Origin: an uncultured Chloroflexia bacterium | Lineage (GTDB): Bacteria; Chloroflexota; Limnocylindria; Limnocylindrales; CSP1-4 | Assembly (NCBI GenBank): GCA_963713975.1 | Contig: OY970218.1 | Coordinates: 3,456,001 to 3,520,000 of the forward strand | Length of the DNA stretch: 64,000 bases | Direction: 5' to 3' | Shown: in pieces, positions 17,126 through 28,655 of the stretch | Position numbering within the stretch: position 1 is the first letter of the stretch | Layout of the letters: the number at the start of each line of letters is the position of its first letter | The notes under the pieces: model-generated | What the model was told of the DNA's origin: nothing | Seen by the model: the letters and a program-made list of their open reading frames with translations, nothing else | Databases searched by the model: none | Position numbers and translations under genes: made by a program

Positions 17126-19912
17126 ATGGATGCCCTGGATCGCTCGGACGCGACCCTGACGTTCCTGTTCTCCGACATCGAGGGTTCGACGCGCCTCGAG
17201 CAGCAGGTGGGGACGACCGCCTATGCGACCCTCCGTGAGCGCCACCGGGCGCTGCTGCGGGCGGCCTTCGACGCCTGCGGCGGCGAGGAGCAGGGCACCG
17301 AGGGTGACTCGTTCTTCGTGGTCTTCGGGACTGCCCGCGCAGCCCTGACCGCCGCCGCCGCCGCGCAGCGCGCGGTGGGTGCGGAACCGTGGCCCGTGGA
17401 GTCGCCGATCCGCGTCCGCATGGGCGTGCACTCCGGCGAAGCGCGGTCGGCCGGCGGCTCGCTGGTGGGGATCGACATCAACCGCGCCGCCCGGATTGCG
17501 GCCGCGGCCCACGGCGGTCAGGTGCTGGTGTCGGACACGACCCGGGCGCTGGTGCGCGACGAGGCCCTCGGCGCAATGGCCTTCCACGACCTCGGCGTCC
17601 ACCGGCTCAAGGACCTGGTGCAGCCCGAACACCTGCACCAGCTGCTGGCGGACGGGCTGCGGACGGAGTTCCCGGTCCCGCGGTCGCTGGACGCCCGTGT
17701 CGTGAAGCTGCCCGCCCAGCTCACCTCCTTCGTGGGCCGAGAGGTGGACCTCGGGGCGGCGGGCCGACTGCTGGCGGAGCACCGGCTGGTGACGCTCACC
17801 GGGCCGGGCGGGACCGGGAAGACCCGGCTGGCGATCCAGCTCGCGGCCCAGGGCGCCGACGCATTCAGCGATGGTGTCTACTTCTCTGCACTGGACGCTG
17901 TCCGCGACCCAGGCCTCGTGGCGTCCCAGATCGCCGCCTGCGTCGGACTCGTGGAGACGGGCAACCGACCATCACGTGACCTGCTGGTCGAGTGGCTCGG
18001 CAGCAAGTCCGTCCTGATCGTGCTCGACAACTTCGAGCAGATCATCGAGGCTGCGCCGCTTGCGGCGGACCTCCTCCGGTCCGCCCCAGGGCTCAAGCTG
18101 CTCGTCACCTCGAGAGCGCCGCTCCGGATCTCCGGGGAGCACGAGTACCCGGTCATGGGCCTGCCGGCTCCGCTCGATCCCACGCGACTGACGGCCCTCG
18201 AGCGCGCGCAGCTGCCCAGCGGCGAGAGGAACCTCGGTGCGGATGCCCTGGAGGCCTACGAGTCCGTCCGGCTGTTCATCGCCCGGGCCACGGCGGTCCG
18301 CCCGGGCTTCGCGGTCACCAACGACAACGCTGCGGCCGTCGCCGCCATCTGTGCGCGGCTGCGGGGCATGCCGCTCGCGATCGAGCTGGCCGCAGCGCGG
18401 GTCCGCCTGCTTGGGCCGGAGGCGATCCTCGCCCGCCTGTCGGACCAGCTCGCCACCCTCGCCGGCGGTTCGCGCGACCTGCCGGAGCGGCAGCAGACGC
18501 TGCGCGGCGCGATCGCCTGGAGCTACGACCTGCTCGACGAGCCGGACCGCCGGCTGCTGGAACGTCTCTCCGTGTTCCGGGGAGGCATCGACGTCGCGGC
18601 GGCCGAGGACGTGTGCGGGCCTGCCTCCGCACTGGGCCGCGACGTCATCGATGGCCTCTCCGAGCTGGCCGACCACAGCCTGCTGCGGGTGCTGGACGGG
18701 CCGGACCTGCGGTTCGCGATGCTCGAGACGATCCGCGAGTATGCGGGCGAGATGCTGGACGGGAGACCGGAGGCAGCCGACATCCGCGCGCGGTTCCGCG
18801 CCTGGTTCCTGGACCTTGCCCGGAGTGCCCAGCCGGAGCTGTCAGGCGACGGGCAACGGGCATGGCTGGACCGGCTGGACCTCGAGCATGACAACCTGCG
18901 GGCGGCCATGGACCGGGCGGCGGCGGACGCCGATGCCTCCACCGCGATCGGGTTGGGCTTCCAGCTCTGGCGGTTCTGGCAGAAGCGGGGCCACCTCATG
19001 GAGGCGCGCCTGCGCCTCGACGCGATGGCGGCAGCGCCGTGGTCATCTGCAGCGCCCGAGCTGCGGGCGCGCCTGATGGAGGCCCTCGGTGGCGTCATGT
19101 GGTGGCAGGGCGAGATCGGGGCGATGCGGGGGCCATATGGCGACGCGGTTGAGCTGTGGCGTGCCGCTGGCGACCGGCGGGAGCTGGCGAACGCGCTCTA
19201 CAACTACTCCTTCTGCTACTCGTTCCAGGCGGGCATGGGGCCCGTCGCCGAGACGGACCCCGACGGCGTGGGCTGGGCATCGCTCGAGGAGGCGCTCGCC
19301 CTGTACCGGGAGCTGGGCGATGATCGCGGCGAGGCGAATGTCCTGTGGGGCATGGGCAACCACGAGTACTTCGGCGCCGCCCCCGGGTTCGGCTACGAGG
19401 CCCTCGAGGCCGCGCGGCAGATCCATCGCCGCACCGGGGACAGGACGATGGAGGCGTGGTCCCTCCACATGCTCGGTCTCGCCTTGATCCAGGAGGGCGA
19501 CCTGGGCGGTGCGCGCGACCTCCTCGGACAGTCGCTGGCGCACTTCCAGCGCTCGGGCGACATCGCGGGCATGACGCTCGTCCTCGGCGACTTCGCATCG
19601 CTCGCCGCCGCCCGCGGCGACGCCCATCGCGCAGCCCGGATCTGGGGTGCCGCCCGGAGCCTGACAACGACGACGGGCACCGGGCTCGCGAGCTTCGTGG
19701 ACCAGTCGTTCGACCATCTCCAGCGTCCGACGGTCCACGGGATGCTCGAGGCAGCGGAGGTCGAACGGCTCGCCGTGGAGGGCGCCGCCATGACCGTCGA
19801 CGAGGCCGTTGCCTACGCGCTCGCCGACGACGGTTCCGCCGCCACGGGCGGATCCGCCTCGGTCCGGGGCCGGCGTTCCAGACCCGGGCCCGGCGCCCCG
19901 GCCGGACCCTGA
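17126..19912 (+). CDS. Class III adenylate/guanylate cyclase domain plus STAND (NB-ARC-like) ATPase plus TPR repeats
   Basis: FLFSDIEGST, EGDSFF, RVRMGVHSG, NRAARI; Walker A GPGGTGKT, LIVLDNFE, GMPLAIELAAAR; helical C-terminus. Confidence 0.88.
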   Translation: MDALDRSDATLTFLFSDIEGSTRLEQQVGTTAYATLRERHRALLRAAFDACGGEEQGTEGDSFFVVFGTARAALTAAAAAQRAVGAEPWPVESPIRVRMGVHSGEARSAGGSLVGIDINRAARIAAAAHGGQVLVSDTTRALVRDEALGAMAFHDLGVHRLKDLVQPEHLHQLLADGLRTEFPVPRSLDARVVKLPAQLTSFVGREVDLGAAGRLLAEHRLVTLTGPGGTGKTRLAIQLAAQGADAFSDGVYFSALDAVRDPGLVASQIAACVGLVETGNRPSRDLLVEWLGSKSVLIVLDNFEQIIEAAPLAADLLRSAPGLKLLVTSRAPLRISGEHEYPVMGLPAPLDPTRLTALERAQLPSGERNLGADALEAYESVRLFIARATAVRPGFAVTNDNAAAVAAICARLRGMPLAIELAAARVRLLGPEAILARLSDQLATLAGGSRDLPERQQTLRGAIAWSYDLLDEPDRRLLERLSVFRGGIDVAAAEDVCGPASALGRDVIDGLSELADHSLLRVLDGPDLRFAMLETIREYAGEMLDGRPEAADIRARFRAWFLDLARSAQPELSGDGQRAWLDRLDLEHDNLRAAMDRAAADADASTAIGLGFQLWRFWQKRGHLMEARLRLDAMAAAPWSSAAPELRARLMEALGGVMWWQGEIGAMRGPYGDAVELWRAAGDRRELANALYNYSFCYSFQAGMGPVAETDPDGVGWASLEEALALYRELGDDRGEANVLWGMGNHEYFGAAPGFGYEALEAARQIHRRTGDRTMEAWSLHMLGLALIQEGDLGGARDLLGQSLAHFQRSGDIAGMTLVLGDFASLAAARGDAHRAARIWGAARSLTTTTGTGLASFVDQSFDHLQRPTVHGMLEAAEVERLAVEGAAMTVDEAVAYALADDGSAATGGSASVRGRRSRPGPGAPAGP

Positions 19913-19939
19913 CGGCCGGGTCCGGACCCTGCGCCGCCC

Positions 19940-20947
<1,008 letters not shown>

Positions 20948-20961
20948 TGGTCCCTCCTCTC

Positions 20962-22464
20962 TCAGGCCGCCGGGGCGACGAGCGTCGCCGCCTCGAGAAC
21001 CTTCTCCTGGGTCGCCTCGGCGCGACTCAGCTCCGCGGTGATCCTGCCTCCCGCCATCACCAGGATGCGGTCGCTCATTCCGAGGATCTCGGGCATCTCG
21101 GACGAGACCATCAGGATCGCCTTACCCTCTTTCGCCAGGCCGGACATGAGCCGGTGGATCTCGGACTTGGCGCCGACGTCGATCCCACGCGTCGGTTCGT
21201 CGATCATCAGGACGTCGGGCAGCGTCATGAGCCAGCGCGAGACCAGCACCTTCTGCTGGTTGCCACCCGAGAGATTCCTGATCAGCTGCGCGAGCGACGG
21301 CGTCTTGATGGCGAGTGCCTCGCGCTGGCTGGTGCAGGCGGCCTCCATGGCGCTCTTGCGCAGGATCCAGCCGGGGCTGAACCGGTTGAGGTTCGCAATC
21401 GTCATGTTGTCGCGGACCGAGAGCGCGCCCATGATCCCCGTCAGCTTGCGGTCCTCGGTGAGCAGGCCCATCCCGGCCTCGATCGCGTCGGCCGGCGACT
21501 TGATGTCGACGGTCTTGCCGTTGATCACGACCTCGCCGGCGTCCACCTTCGTCACCCCGAAGATCGCCTCGAGCACCTCAGTCCGGCCGGCGCCCATCAG
21601 GCCTGCGAGACCCAGGATCTCGCCCCTGCGCAGGTCGAAGGAGATGTCCTCGATCACGCCGCGGCGGGTGAGGCCGCGCACGCTCATGACCACCTCGCCG
21701 GGCTCCACGTCCTCCTTCGGGAACAGGTGCGTGAGCTCGCGGCCGACCATCAGCGTGATCAGCTTCTGACGATCGAGCTCGGAGGCGGGCAGGGTGGCGA
21801 CGTGCTTCCCGTCGCGGAACACCGTGACGAAGTCCGCGATCTTGAACACCTCGTCCATCTTGTGCGTGATGTAGATGATGGCCACGCCGGTCTCGCGCAG
21901 GGAGCGAATCATCCGGTGGAGGTGGGCCACCTCGCGCTCGGTGATCGCGGAGGTGGGCTCGTCCATGATGATCAGGCGGGCGTCCGTCGAGATCGCCTTG
22001 GCAATCTCGACCATCTGGGTCTGCGCGACGCTCAGCGTCTTCATCACGCGGCCGGGGTCGATGTCGATCTGCCAGCGCTCGAAGACCGCCTTGGCATTGG
22101 CGACCATCGCCCGCTTGTCGACCAGCCTGAACCTGTTGAGCGGCTCACGGCCGAGGAAGATGTTCTCGGCGACGGTCATCGCCGGTACCGGCGACAGCTC
22201 CTGGTGGATCATCGCGATCCCCTGCCCCAGGGCGTGCACGGGGTCCGGGATGTGGACCTCCCGGCCGTTGAGCTCGATCCGCCCGGCATCGGCGTGGTAG
22301 ATGCCCGCGAGCACTTTCATCAGCGTCGACTTGCCCGCACCGTTCTCGCCCATCAGTGCGTGCACCGTGCCCGCCTCGACGTCGAGGTGGACGTCATCGA
22401 GCGCCTGGACGCCGGGGAACGCCTTGGAGATCCCCGTCATCCGGAGGAGAAGCTCGTCACCCAT
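20962..22464 (-). CDS. Sugar ABC transporter ATP-binding protein (RbsA/MglA type, two NBDs)
   Basis: [36 protein letters not shown]; an alternative start lies at 22488. Confidence 0.92.
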   Translation of the reverse strand: MGDELLLRMTGISKAFPGVQALDDVHLDVEAGTVHALMGENGAGKSTLMKVLAGIYHADAGRIELNGREVHIPDPVHALGQGIAMIHQELSPVPAMTVAENIFLGREPLNRFRLVDKRAMVANAKAVFERWQIDIDPGRVMKTLSVAQTQMVEIAKAISTDARLIIMDEPTSAITEREVAHLHRMIRSLRETGVAIIYITHKMDEVFKIADFVTVFRDGKHVATLPASELDRQKLITLMVGRELTHLFPKEDVEPGEVVMSVRGLTRRGVIEDISFDLRRGEILGLAGLMGAGRTEVLEAIFGVTKVDAGEVVINGKTVDIKSPADAIEAGMGLLTEDRKLTGIMGALSVRDNMTIANLNRFSPGWILRKSAMEAACTSQREALAIKTPSLAQLIRNLSGGNQQKVLVSRWLMTLPDVLMIDEPTRGIDVGAKSEIHRLMSGLAKEGKAILMVSSEMPEILGMSDRILVMAGGRITAELSRAEATQEKVLEAATLVAPAA

Positions 22465-22539
22465 CCGCTGCCCTCCCGCTGCTCCCATGCGACCGGTCGT
22501 GGGTCTTCCCCGGTGCGGGGCGTGCCCGCCCTGAAAGCA

Positions 22540-22571
22540 GTTCGGAGGCCCAGTGAACCGGGCCTCCGAAC
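22540..22571 (-). terminator. Hairpin between the binding-protein and ATPase genes (mRNA stabiliser or partial terminator)
   Basis: GTTCGGAGGCCC...GGGCCTCCGAAC 12-bp stem. Confidence 0.6.
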
Positions 22572-22620
22572 CGTACCACTCGGGGTGGTGTGTCGGCCGA
22601 CGGAGTCGGCCAGCTAGTTC

Positions 22621-23604
22621 CTAGTTGGCGCCCAGGTAGTCCGCGATGTTCGCGGGCGTCACGAGCACGTAGGGGATGTCCACGTAATCGGGGACGGCCG
22701 TGCCATTGATCAGGTCAACGGCCGCGTCGACGCCGCCCTTGCCCTGGCCCTTTGCATCCTGGAAGACGGTGACCTCGAGATCGCCCGCCTGCATGGCGGC
22801 GAGGGCTTCGGAGGTGGCATCGACGCCGCCGACGAAGACGCTGTCGAGGAGGTTGCCGGCCTTGAGCGCGTTGATCGCGCCAAGTGCCATCTCGTCGTTG
22901 TTCGCACAGACGACCATGCCGGCCTTGAGGGCACCGGACTGGATCCAGTTCTCGGTGATCGACTGGGCCTTCGCGCGGTCCCACTCGCCGGACTGGGTGG
23001 CGACGACCGACATGTCGGGGTTCTTGGCCACGACGTCGTTGCAGCCCTGCGTCCGGAGGACGGCGGCTTCGTTGGAGACCTGACCCTGGAGGATCACGAC
23101 CTCACCCTTGGCGCCCGCGAGCTTGGCGAGCTCTTCCATCTCCACGGTTCCCGCGTAGAGGGAGTCGGAGCCGACGTACGGGACGCCGGCGATTGCCGGG
23201 TTGCGGTTGACGAAGACGATGGGGATGTTCGCGGCCTTGGCGGCGTCCGCCATCGGCTGCGCCGCGCTGGTGTCCACCGGCACGACGAGGATCGCCGAGA
23301 CGCCCTGCGAGACGAAGTTCTCGACCTGGGCGAGCTGCGCGGCCGTGTCGTCCTTGGCGTCGGTGATGGTGATGGCGACGCCCTTCGCCTCTGCCTCGGC
23401 CTTCATGCCGTCCTGGACGCGGCTCAGGAACGTGTCGCTGTTCGGGAACGCGACACCCAGGGTGATGTCGCTCGCCGGGGCCATGCTCTCGGGAGCCATG
23501 CTCTCGGCCGGGGCCGTGGTGGCAGTGCTGCCGCCGCAGGCGCTCAGGATGACGGCGCCGGCGACCATGAGGCCAGCCAACCGTCCCGTGGTCTTGAAGT
23601 CCAT
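22621..23604 (-). CDS. Sugar ABC transporter substrate-binding lipoprotein (inositol/rhizopine-binding type)
   Basis: AGGA RBS, lipobox LSAC, motifs VPVD, VNR, RTQG, NNDEMALGA, GVDA, TVFQDA. Confidence 0.88.
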   Translation of the reverse strand: MDFKTTGRLAGLMVAGAVILSACGGSTATTAPAESMAPESMAPASDITLGVAFPNSDTFLSRVQDGMKAEAEAKGVAITITDAKDDTAAQLAQVENFVSQGVSAILVVPVDTSAAQPMADAAKAANIPIVFVNRNPAIAGVPYVGSDSLYAGTVEMEELAKLAGAKGEVVILQGQVSNEAAVLRTQGCNDVVAKNPDMSVVATQSGEWDRAKAQSITENWIQSGALKAGMVVCANNDEMALGAINALKAGNLLDSVFVGGVDATSEALAAMQAGDLEVTVFQDAKGQGKGGVDAAVDLINGTAVPDYVDIPYVLVTPANIADYLGAN

Positions 23605-23703
23605 GTTTCCTCTTCTCCTCCGCCGATGTGGTGGGTTCGAAAACGCGACACGTGCCGCTCGGGACGGTCCCGCGGGATGCCCATGGCGTGGCGATCGACG
23701 CCG

Positions 23704-23746
23704 CGTAATCGATTGCAAGGTAGCGACTGCGAGCGGGCCCGTCAAC
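23704..23746 (-). promoter_or_regulatory. Sigma70-like promoter (TTGACG-17-TACCTT) with an abutting LacI operator CGTAATCGATTGCA at 23704-23717
   Basis: Minus-strand -35/-10 with a 17-bp spacer immediately followed by the palindrome. Confidence 0.75.
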
Positions 23747-23870
23747 CCCGAAACAGCATCTTGTCGCCACCTCGCCGAAATCCGATGCTCGAGCGTGAGT
23801 CCGCGCTCCGGAGCGTCGCCCTCGCCGCCTGCAGACGCCCGACCCTCCAGCGACGCACCTGCCGACGGAC

Positions 23871-23889
23871 TAGGATGTAATCGGTTACC
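23871..23889 (+). promoter_or_regulatory. -10 TAGGAT plus LacI operator TGTAATCGGTTACC upstream of the second iolG
   Basis: Near-consensus palindrome directly after a TAnnnT hexamer. Confidence 0.7.
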
Positions 23890-23966
23890 GGGACAGCGTG
23901 TCCCCTGCCTCAACGACGTCACGGAGACCGGGGGCCATTTCGCACCACTCCGCCAGGAGGCCTCAC

Positions 23967-24965
23967 ATGCTTCGCGTAGCACTCCTCGGGGCCGGCCGCA
24001 TCGGCCAGGTCCACGCACGCTCCATCATCGAGAGCGGCGAGGCCGAGCTCACCTGGGTCTGTGACCCCGTCGACACCGCCGCCAGCGCCCTCGCCGGCCG
24101 GTACGGCGCCCGGTGGAGCCCCGAACCAGGCGACGCGATCGCCGACCCGAACGTCGACGCGGTCCTGATCGCCTCGGCGACCCCGACCCATACCGACCTG
24201 ATGCGCGAGTCGGTGCTGGCCGGCAAGAAGGTCCTGTGCGAGAAGCCGATCGACCTCGACATTGCCAGGATCGATGCGACCTGGGCCGCGATCAAGGACC
24301 ACGCACCGTTCGTGATGCTCGGGTTCAACCGCCGCTTCGACCCCACCTTCGGCGAGATCAAGGCACGGGTCACGGCGGGCGAGATCGGGCCCATCCGGGC
24401 CCTGCGCGTGACGAGCCGGGATCCGCAGCCGCCGCCCGCGGCCTACCTGTCCGTGTCGGGTGGCATGTTCCGCGACATGACGATCCACGACTTCGACATG
24501 GCCCGCTTCTTCCTGGGTGAGATCGTGGAAGTCTCGGCCGTCGCCAGCCACAACAACGACCCTGTCTTTGTCGAAGCCGGGGACCATGCCCAGGCCATGG
24601 TCACGATGCGCAACCGTGACAACGCGCTGTGCACGATCGTCAACAGCCGCATCTGTGCCTACGGCTACGACCAGCGGCTCGAGGCGTTCGGCGACCTGGG
24701 CTCGCTCGAGGCGGGCAACATGACGGCGACCACGGTCCGGGCGAGCAGTGCAACCACCACCGGGGCGGGCGGGCCCGTCCTCAACTTCTTCCTCGAGCGC
24801 TACGTGCCGGCCTACCGGGCTGAGTTCGCGGAGTTCGTCGCCGCGATCAAGGAGGACCGTGAGCCGTCGGTGGGCTTCGCCGACGGCCGGGCGGCCCTGG
24901 TCCTCGCGGAGGCGGCCGTCGAGAGCGTGGCCACCGGCAGGGTCGTGAGCGTCACGGGCGGCTGA
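23967..24965 (+). CDS. iolG: Myo-inositol 2-dehydrogenase (IdhA/IolG type)
   Basis: AGGAGG RBS; LLGAGRIGQVHA, CEKPID, GFNRRFDP, TSRDP, GGMFRDMTIHDFD, YGYDQRLEAFG. Confidence 0.85.
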   Translation: MLRVALLGAGRIGQVHARSIIESGEAELTWVCDPVDTAASALAGRYGARWSPEPGDAIADPNVDAVLIASATPTHTDLMRESVLAGKKVLCEKPIDLDIARIDATWAAIKDHAPFVMLGFNRRFDPTFGEIKARVTAGEIGPIRALRVTSRDPQPPPAAYLSVSGGMFRDMTIHDFDMARFFLGEIVEVSAVASHNNDPVFVEAGDHAQAMVTMRNRDNALCTIVNSRICAYGYDQRLEAFGDLGSLEAGNMTATTVRASSATTTGAGGPVLNFFLERYVPAYRAEFAEFVAAIKEDREPSVGFADGRAALVLAEAAVESVATGRVVSVTGG

Positions 24966-24999
24966 CCCTGGGGGGCTGCCGGGGGGCGCTCGGACACCG

Positions 25000-25881
25000 T
25001 CAGCTCCTCGCGGCTGCCGCCAGGAGCGCCTCGAGGTACACGCGGTTCGCGCGGGCCGTCGCCGTGGGGTCGGGTGCGGTGTCCTGCTCGATCACGTACC
25101 AGGCGTCGTAGCCGACGCCGTGCAGCGCGCGCACCACCTCCGGGATCCGGGCGATCCCCTCGCCGAGCGGCGGGAAGATGTAGTGCTCGAGCGCCTTGCC
25201 GAAGCTCCAGCTCTCGGCCTTCGCACGGCCGAGGATCGCGCCGTCCACATCCTTGACATGGACGTGCTTCACGCGGTCCGCGTACCGGGGCAGCAGCTCC
25301 ATGGCATCACCGCCGCCGAACGCCAGGTGCCCGATGTCGAGGCACCAGCCCACGAGCGCCGGATCGGTCTCGTCCAGGAGCCGGGTGGTCTCCGCGGGCG
25401 TCTCGACATAGGTGCCGACATGATTGTGGAACACGAGCTCCATGCCCATCGGCTCGATACGCCGAGCCAGCTCCTCCAGGCCGCGGGCGAGGTTGCGCCA
25501 TTGCTCGTCGGAGAGGCCGCGGGATTCGTCCACATGCCCCGCCTCGCCGCGCCGTCGCTCGTCGCCGGCCTCGGCGGCGATCAGCCGGGTACCTCCGTTG
25601 ACCGCGAGGAACCGGGCGATCCCGAGCGCCCGCTCGATCTCGCTCTCCAGCTTGTCCGCATCGCGGAAGCCCAGCCCCACGAACGCGCCGACGAGGTCCA
25701 GGCCGCGCGCCTGGAGGTCCACTCGCAGGACCTCGGGATCTGTCGGCATCGACGGGCCCCACTCGGTGGCGTCATAGCCCGCCTCGACGAAGTGGTCCAT
25801 CGCCTCGCCGTACGGAATCCACGGGAAGACATCAGGGATGTCGGGGCTGTTCCAGTTGACGATGGCGGTCGCGATCCTCAC
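25000..25881 (-). CDS. iolE: IolE-like inosose dehydratase / TIM-barrel protein
   Basis: GTG start overlaps the iolD stop (GTGA); FHNHVGTYVE, CLDIGH, HVHVKD, LGEG, VIEQD. Confidence 0.7.
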   Translation of the reverse strand: MRIATAIVNWNSPDIPDVFPWIPYGEAMDHFVEAGYDATEWGPSMPTDPEVLRVDLQARGLDLVGAFVGLGFRDADKLESEIERALGIARFLAVNGGTRLIAAEAGDERRRGEAGHVDESRGLSDEQWRNLARGLEELARRIEPMGMELVFHNHVGTYVETPAETTRLLDETDPALVGWCLDIGHLAFGGGDAMELLPRYADRVKHVHVKDVDGAILGRAKAESWSFGKALEHYIFPPLGEGIARIPEVVRALHGVGYDAWYVIEQDTAPDPTATARANRVYLEALLAAAARS

Positions 25882-27764
25882 AGGAGCTCCCTCCGCTGGC
25901 TCTCCACCGCCGTCTCGTAGCGCTCGCGCGCCTCGGTGACGGTGTCCCTGGCACTGACCTCCGCGGGCGGCACGTCCCACCATCCCTCGTAGCCGGGAGC
26001 CCGCTTGTCCGGCGAGACGGCGACATGGATGACGGTGATCCGATCGGCTCCACGGGCCGCTGCCAGCGCGGCCCGGATCTCCTCCTCGGTCCGGGCGTAG
26101 AACGCGAGCGCGCCCATGGCCTCGGCATGCTTCTTGAAGTCGACCGGCACGTAGCCGCCGGTCAGCCGGTTGCGCTCGGGGTCCCGGAACCGCAGTTCGT
26201 TGCCGAACTGCGCGATGCCGACGCTTGCCGCGAGGTCCTTGATGCACTGGTAGCCGTGGTTGTCGAAGACGACGACCGTGATCCGGATGCCCTCCGCGAC
26301 CGCGGTCACGATCTCCGAGTTGAGCATCAGGTAGGTGCCGTCGCCGATTGCGACCACCACCTCGCGCTCCGGCTCGGCGAGCTTGACTCCGAGACCGGCC
26401 GGGATCTCGTAGCCCATGCAGGAGTAGCCGTACTCGAGGTGGTACGCCTTGGAGTCCTCGGGCCGCCACAGCTTGAGCAGGTCGCCCGGGAGGCTGCCGG
26501 CGGCACACACGACCGTGGCATGACCGCCGACGGCGTCGTTCACGATCCCGATGACCTCGGGCTGGGCCAGCTCCTCCGTCTCGCCGTTGGGCGTGCGGTG
26601 GTAGTCGACGCGCGCATCCCACTCGGCCTTGAGGTCGGCGATCCGCTGCCGGTACTCGGGCGAGGTGCCCAGGTGTCCGGCCTCGGCCAGCCCGCTCGCG
26701 ATGGCGGCCAGCGCCTCGCGCGCATCCGCGACGACCGGGACGGAGCGCAGCTTGGCCGCGTCGAAGCCGTTCACGTTGATCCCGACGAATTTGGCGTTCG
26801 GGTCCTGGAACTGGGTCTTGGAGGCCGTGACGAAGTCGCCCAGCCGCGTGCCGACCGCGATCACCAGATCCGCCTCGCGGGCCAGCCGGTTGGCCGCCAG
26901 GCCACCTGCCGCGCCGATCGGACCGGCGTTGAGGGCATGGTTCCAGGGCAGGACGCCCTTGCCGGCCTGCGACTCCGTGACCGGGATCCCGAAGCGGGTG
27001 GCCAGGTCGTCGAGCACCGCCTCGGCACCCGAGTAGATCGCCCCGCCGCCGGCGATGATGATCGGCCGCTTGGCCGACCGGATCAGGTCCACCACCTCCG
27101 CCACGACCTCACCATCCGGGCGGGGCCGGCGGACGCGCCAGACGCGGCGCTCGAAGAAGCGCTCCGGCCACTCGTAGACCTCGGACTGCACGTCCTCCGG
27201 CAGGGAGATCGTGACGGCGCCGGTCTCGGCCGGGTCGGTGAGGACCCGGAAGGCTTCGGGAAGGCTGGACAGCAGCTGCTCGGGGCGGGAGATCCGGTCG
27301 AAGTAGCGGGAGACCGGGCGGAAGGCGTCCGATGCGGAGACGTCGCGCTCCACCGGGTGCTCGACCTGCTGGAGCACCGGATCCGGCAGGCGGTTGGCGA
27401 AGTAGTCGCTCGGAAACAGCAGGACGGGCAGCCGGTTGATCGTGGCGCCCGCGGCGCCCGTGATCATGTTGGTGGCGCCCGGGCCGATGGACGACATGCA
27501 GGCGAACGTCTGGAGCCGGTTCTTGTGCTTCGCGTACGCCGCCGCCAGGTGCACCTGCGCCTGCTCGTTCTGCGGCCGGTAGTACGGCATCGCGCACTCG
27601 TCGCCCAGCTCCTCGAGGGCCTGCCCAAGGCCGGCCACGTTGCCATGCCCGAAGATCCCCCACACGCCCGCGATGAAGCGGGTCTGTTCGCCGTCGCGCT
27701 CGATGTACTGCTCCGCAAGGAAGCGGACGATGGCCTGCCCCACCGTCAGCCGGACCGTGCTCAA
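25878..27764 (-). CDS. iolD: 3D-(3,5/4)-trihydroxycyclohexane-1,2-dione acylhydrolase (ThDP-dependent)
   Basis: TTG start after GGAGAGGAG; GIFGHGNVAGLGQAL, SIGPGATNM, PDPVLQQ, AAGSLPGDL, YHLEYGYSCMGYEI, GDGTYLM. Confidence 0.95.
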   Translation of the reverse strand: MSTVRLTVGQAIVRFLAEQYIERDGEQTRFIAGVWGIFGHGNVAGLGQALEELGDECAMPYYRPQNEQAQVHLAAAYAKHKNRLQTFACMSSIGPGATNMITGAAGATINRLPVLLFPSDYFANRLPDPVLQQVEHPVERDVSASDAFRPVSRYFDRISRPEQLLSSLPEAFRVLTDPAETGAVTISLPEDVQSEVYEWPERFFERRVWRVRRPRPDGEVVAEVVDLIRSAKRPIIIAGGGAIYSGAEAVLDDLATRFGIPVTESQAGKGVLPWNHALNAGPIGAAGGLAANRLAREADLVIAVGTRLGDFVTASKTQFQDPNAKFVGINVNGFDAAKLRSVPVVADAREALAAIASGLAEAGHLGTSPEYRQRIADLKAEWDARVDYHRTPNGETEELAQPEVIGIVNDAVGGHATVVCAAGSLPGDLLKLWRPEDSKAYHLEYGYSCMGYEIPAGLGVKLAEPEREVVVAIGDGTYLMLNSEIVTAVAEGIRITVVVFDNHGYQCIKDLAASVGIAQFGNELRFRDPERNRLTGGYVPVDFKKHAEAMGALAFYARTEEEIRAALAAARGADRITVIHVAVSPDKRAPGYEGWWDVPPAEVSARDTVTEARERYETAVESQRRELL

Positions 27765-27834
27765 GTGAACGCTCCTCTCCACTGGCAGGGCTCCCGGAGC
27801 GTGCTGCTCCCGCCGTGCCGCCCGCGCACCGTGG

Positions 27835-27877
27835 TGCAATCGATTACAAGTGTAGCGTCCCGGGCGCCTCGGTCAAC
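27835..27877 (-). promoter_or_regulatory. iolD promoter (TTGACC-16-TACACT) with LacI operator TGCAATCGATTACA at 27835-27848
   Basis: Palindrome directly downstream of the minus-strand -10. Confidence 0.78.
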
Positions 27878-28269
27878 CCCCCGGGGTGCGGAGGCCGACC
27901 GTCACGACGCCTTGCAACCGGGCCGGGCCCGTGGGACGCGACCCACCACGGCCGGGAACCATCTGCCGTCCGCAGGAGCCGAGGGCCCGCGGAGCGACGG
28001 CTTGATTGCCCAGGGGCATCGCTGGCGGCGCTGGCACGCCGGGCGATGCCCGGCACGTGTCAACCCGGCGCCGCGGACCCCTTCGCAGCCAGACAACCGG
28101 TCGTCCTGATAACGGTGTGGCATCAGCTAAGGCGGTGGGTACGCAGCTCCACCACGGATGCCACGGGAACGGCGGTGGCTCGCCCGCGCGTCCCCATCAC
28201 GACGTGCGGAGCCCGCGTCCATGGACCCCGGCCGCCGGGCGGCCCGTGGATCGCTCGTGGCCTCTGTCT

Positions 28270-28354
28270 TGCTCGCTGTGGCGAGCATCGGGCCGGCCTC
28301 ATCGCCGAATCCGGGCCCCCCTGCTCGCCATATGCGAGCGAAACAGCGGTTGTG
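28270..28354. repeat. REP-like palindromes GCTCGC-N4/5-GCGAGC
   Basis: TGCTCGCtgtgGCGAGCA (28270-28287) and CTGCTCGCCATATGCGAGCGAAACAGCGGTTGTG (28321-28354); related copies at 37209-37297. Confidence 0.6.
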
Positions 28355-28513
28355 GGCCGTTCCTCGCTCGCCCCGCGGCCTGGGGGCAGCGGCCCGCGGC
28401 CGGGGGCTCGCGCCGCGGGTCACTGCCTTACCGGCGGGCGATGTGGTCCGGCCGAGTCGGCCCCGACGAGGCGACCGTGCTTCCCCATCTTGACGACCGA
28501 CCGTGCGTACCCT

Positions 28514-28534
28514 TAGGCTGAGAAATCGATTACG
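28514..28534 (+). promoter_or_regulatory. -10 TAGGCT plus operator AGAAATCGATTACG (autoregulation of the LacI gene)
   Basis: Same palindrome family and same position relative to -10. Confidence 0.7.
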
Positions 28535-28655
28535 CGTACTCAGCGCGTGGTCCACCGTCAGGCCAGGCCAGCTGGAGGCAGAGGCAGATGGAGGCAGGTC
28601 CGAACCGCGTCGCCGCAGCCTCAGACGGGATCGCCCTCCCCGCGTGGTGCCGGTG

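Noticed and set aside
28160-28215. GGGAA..GGTG..CCCC segment as a cobalamin riboswitch
   Set aside because: It lacks the T-loop AAAT, ACTGT and B12-box elements and is not upstream of the corrinoid genes; Infernal would settle it.
27815-28516. 233-aa and 212-aa ORFs in the iolD-lacI spacer
   Set aside because: Arg/Pro/Gly-rich with no motifs, and they overlap promoters and operators.
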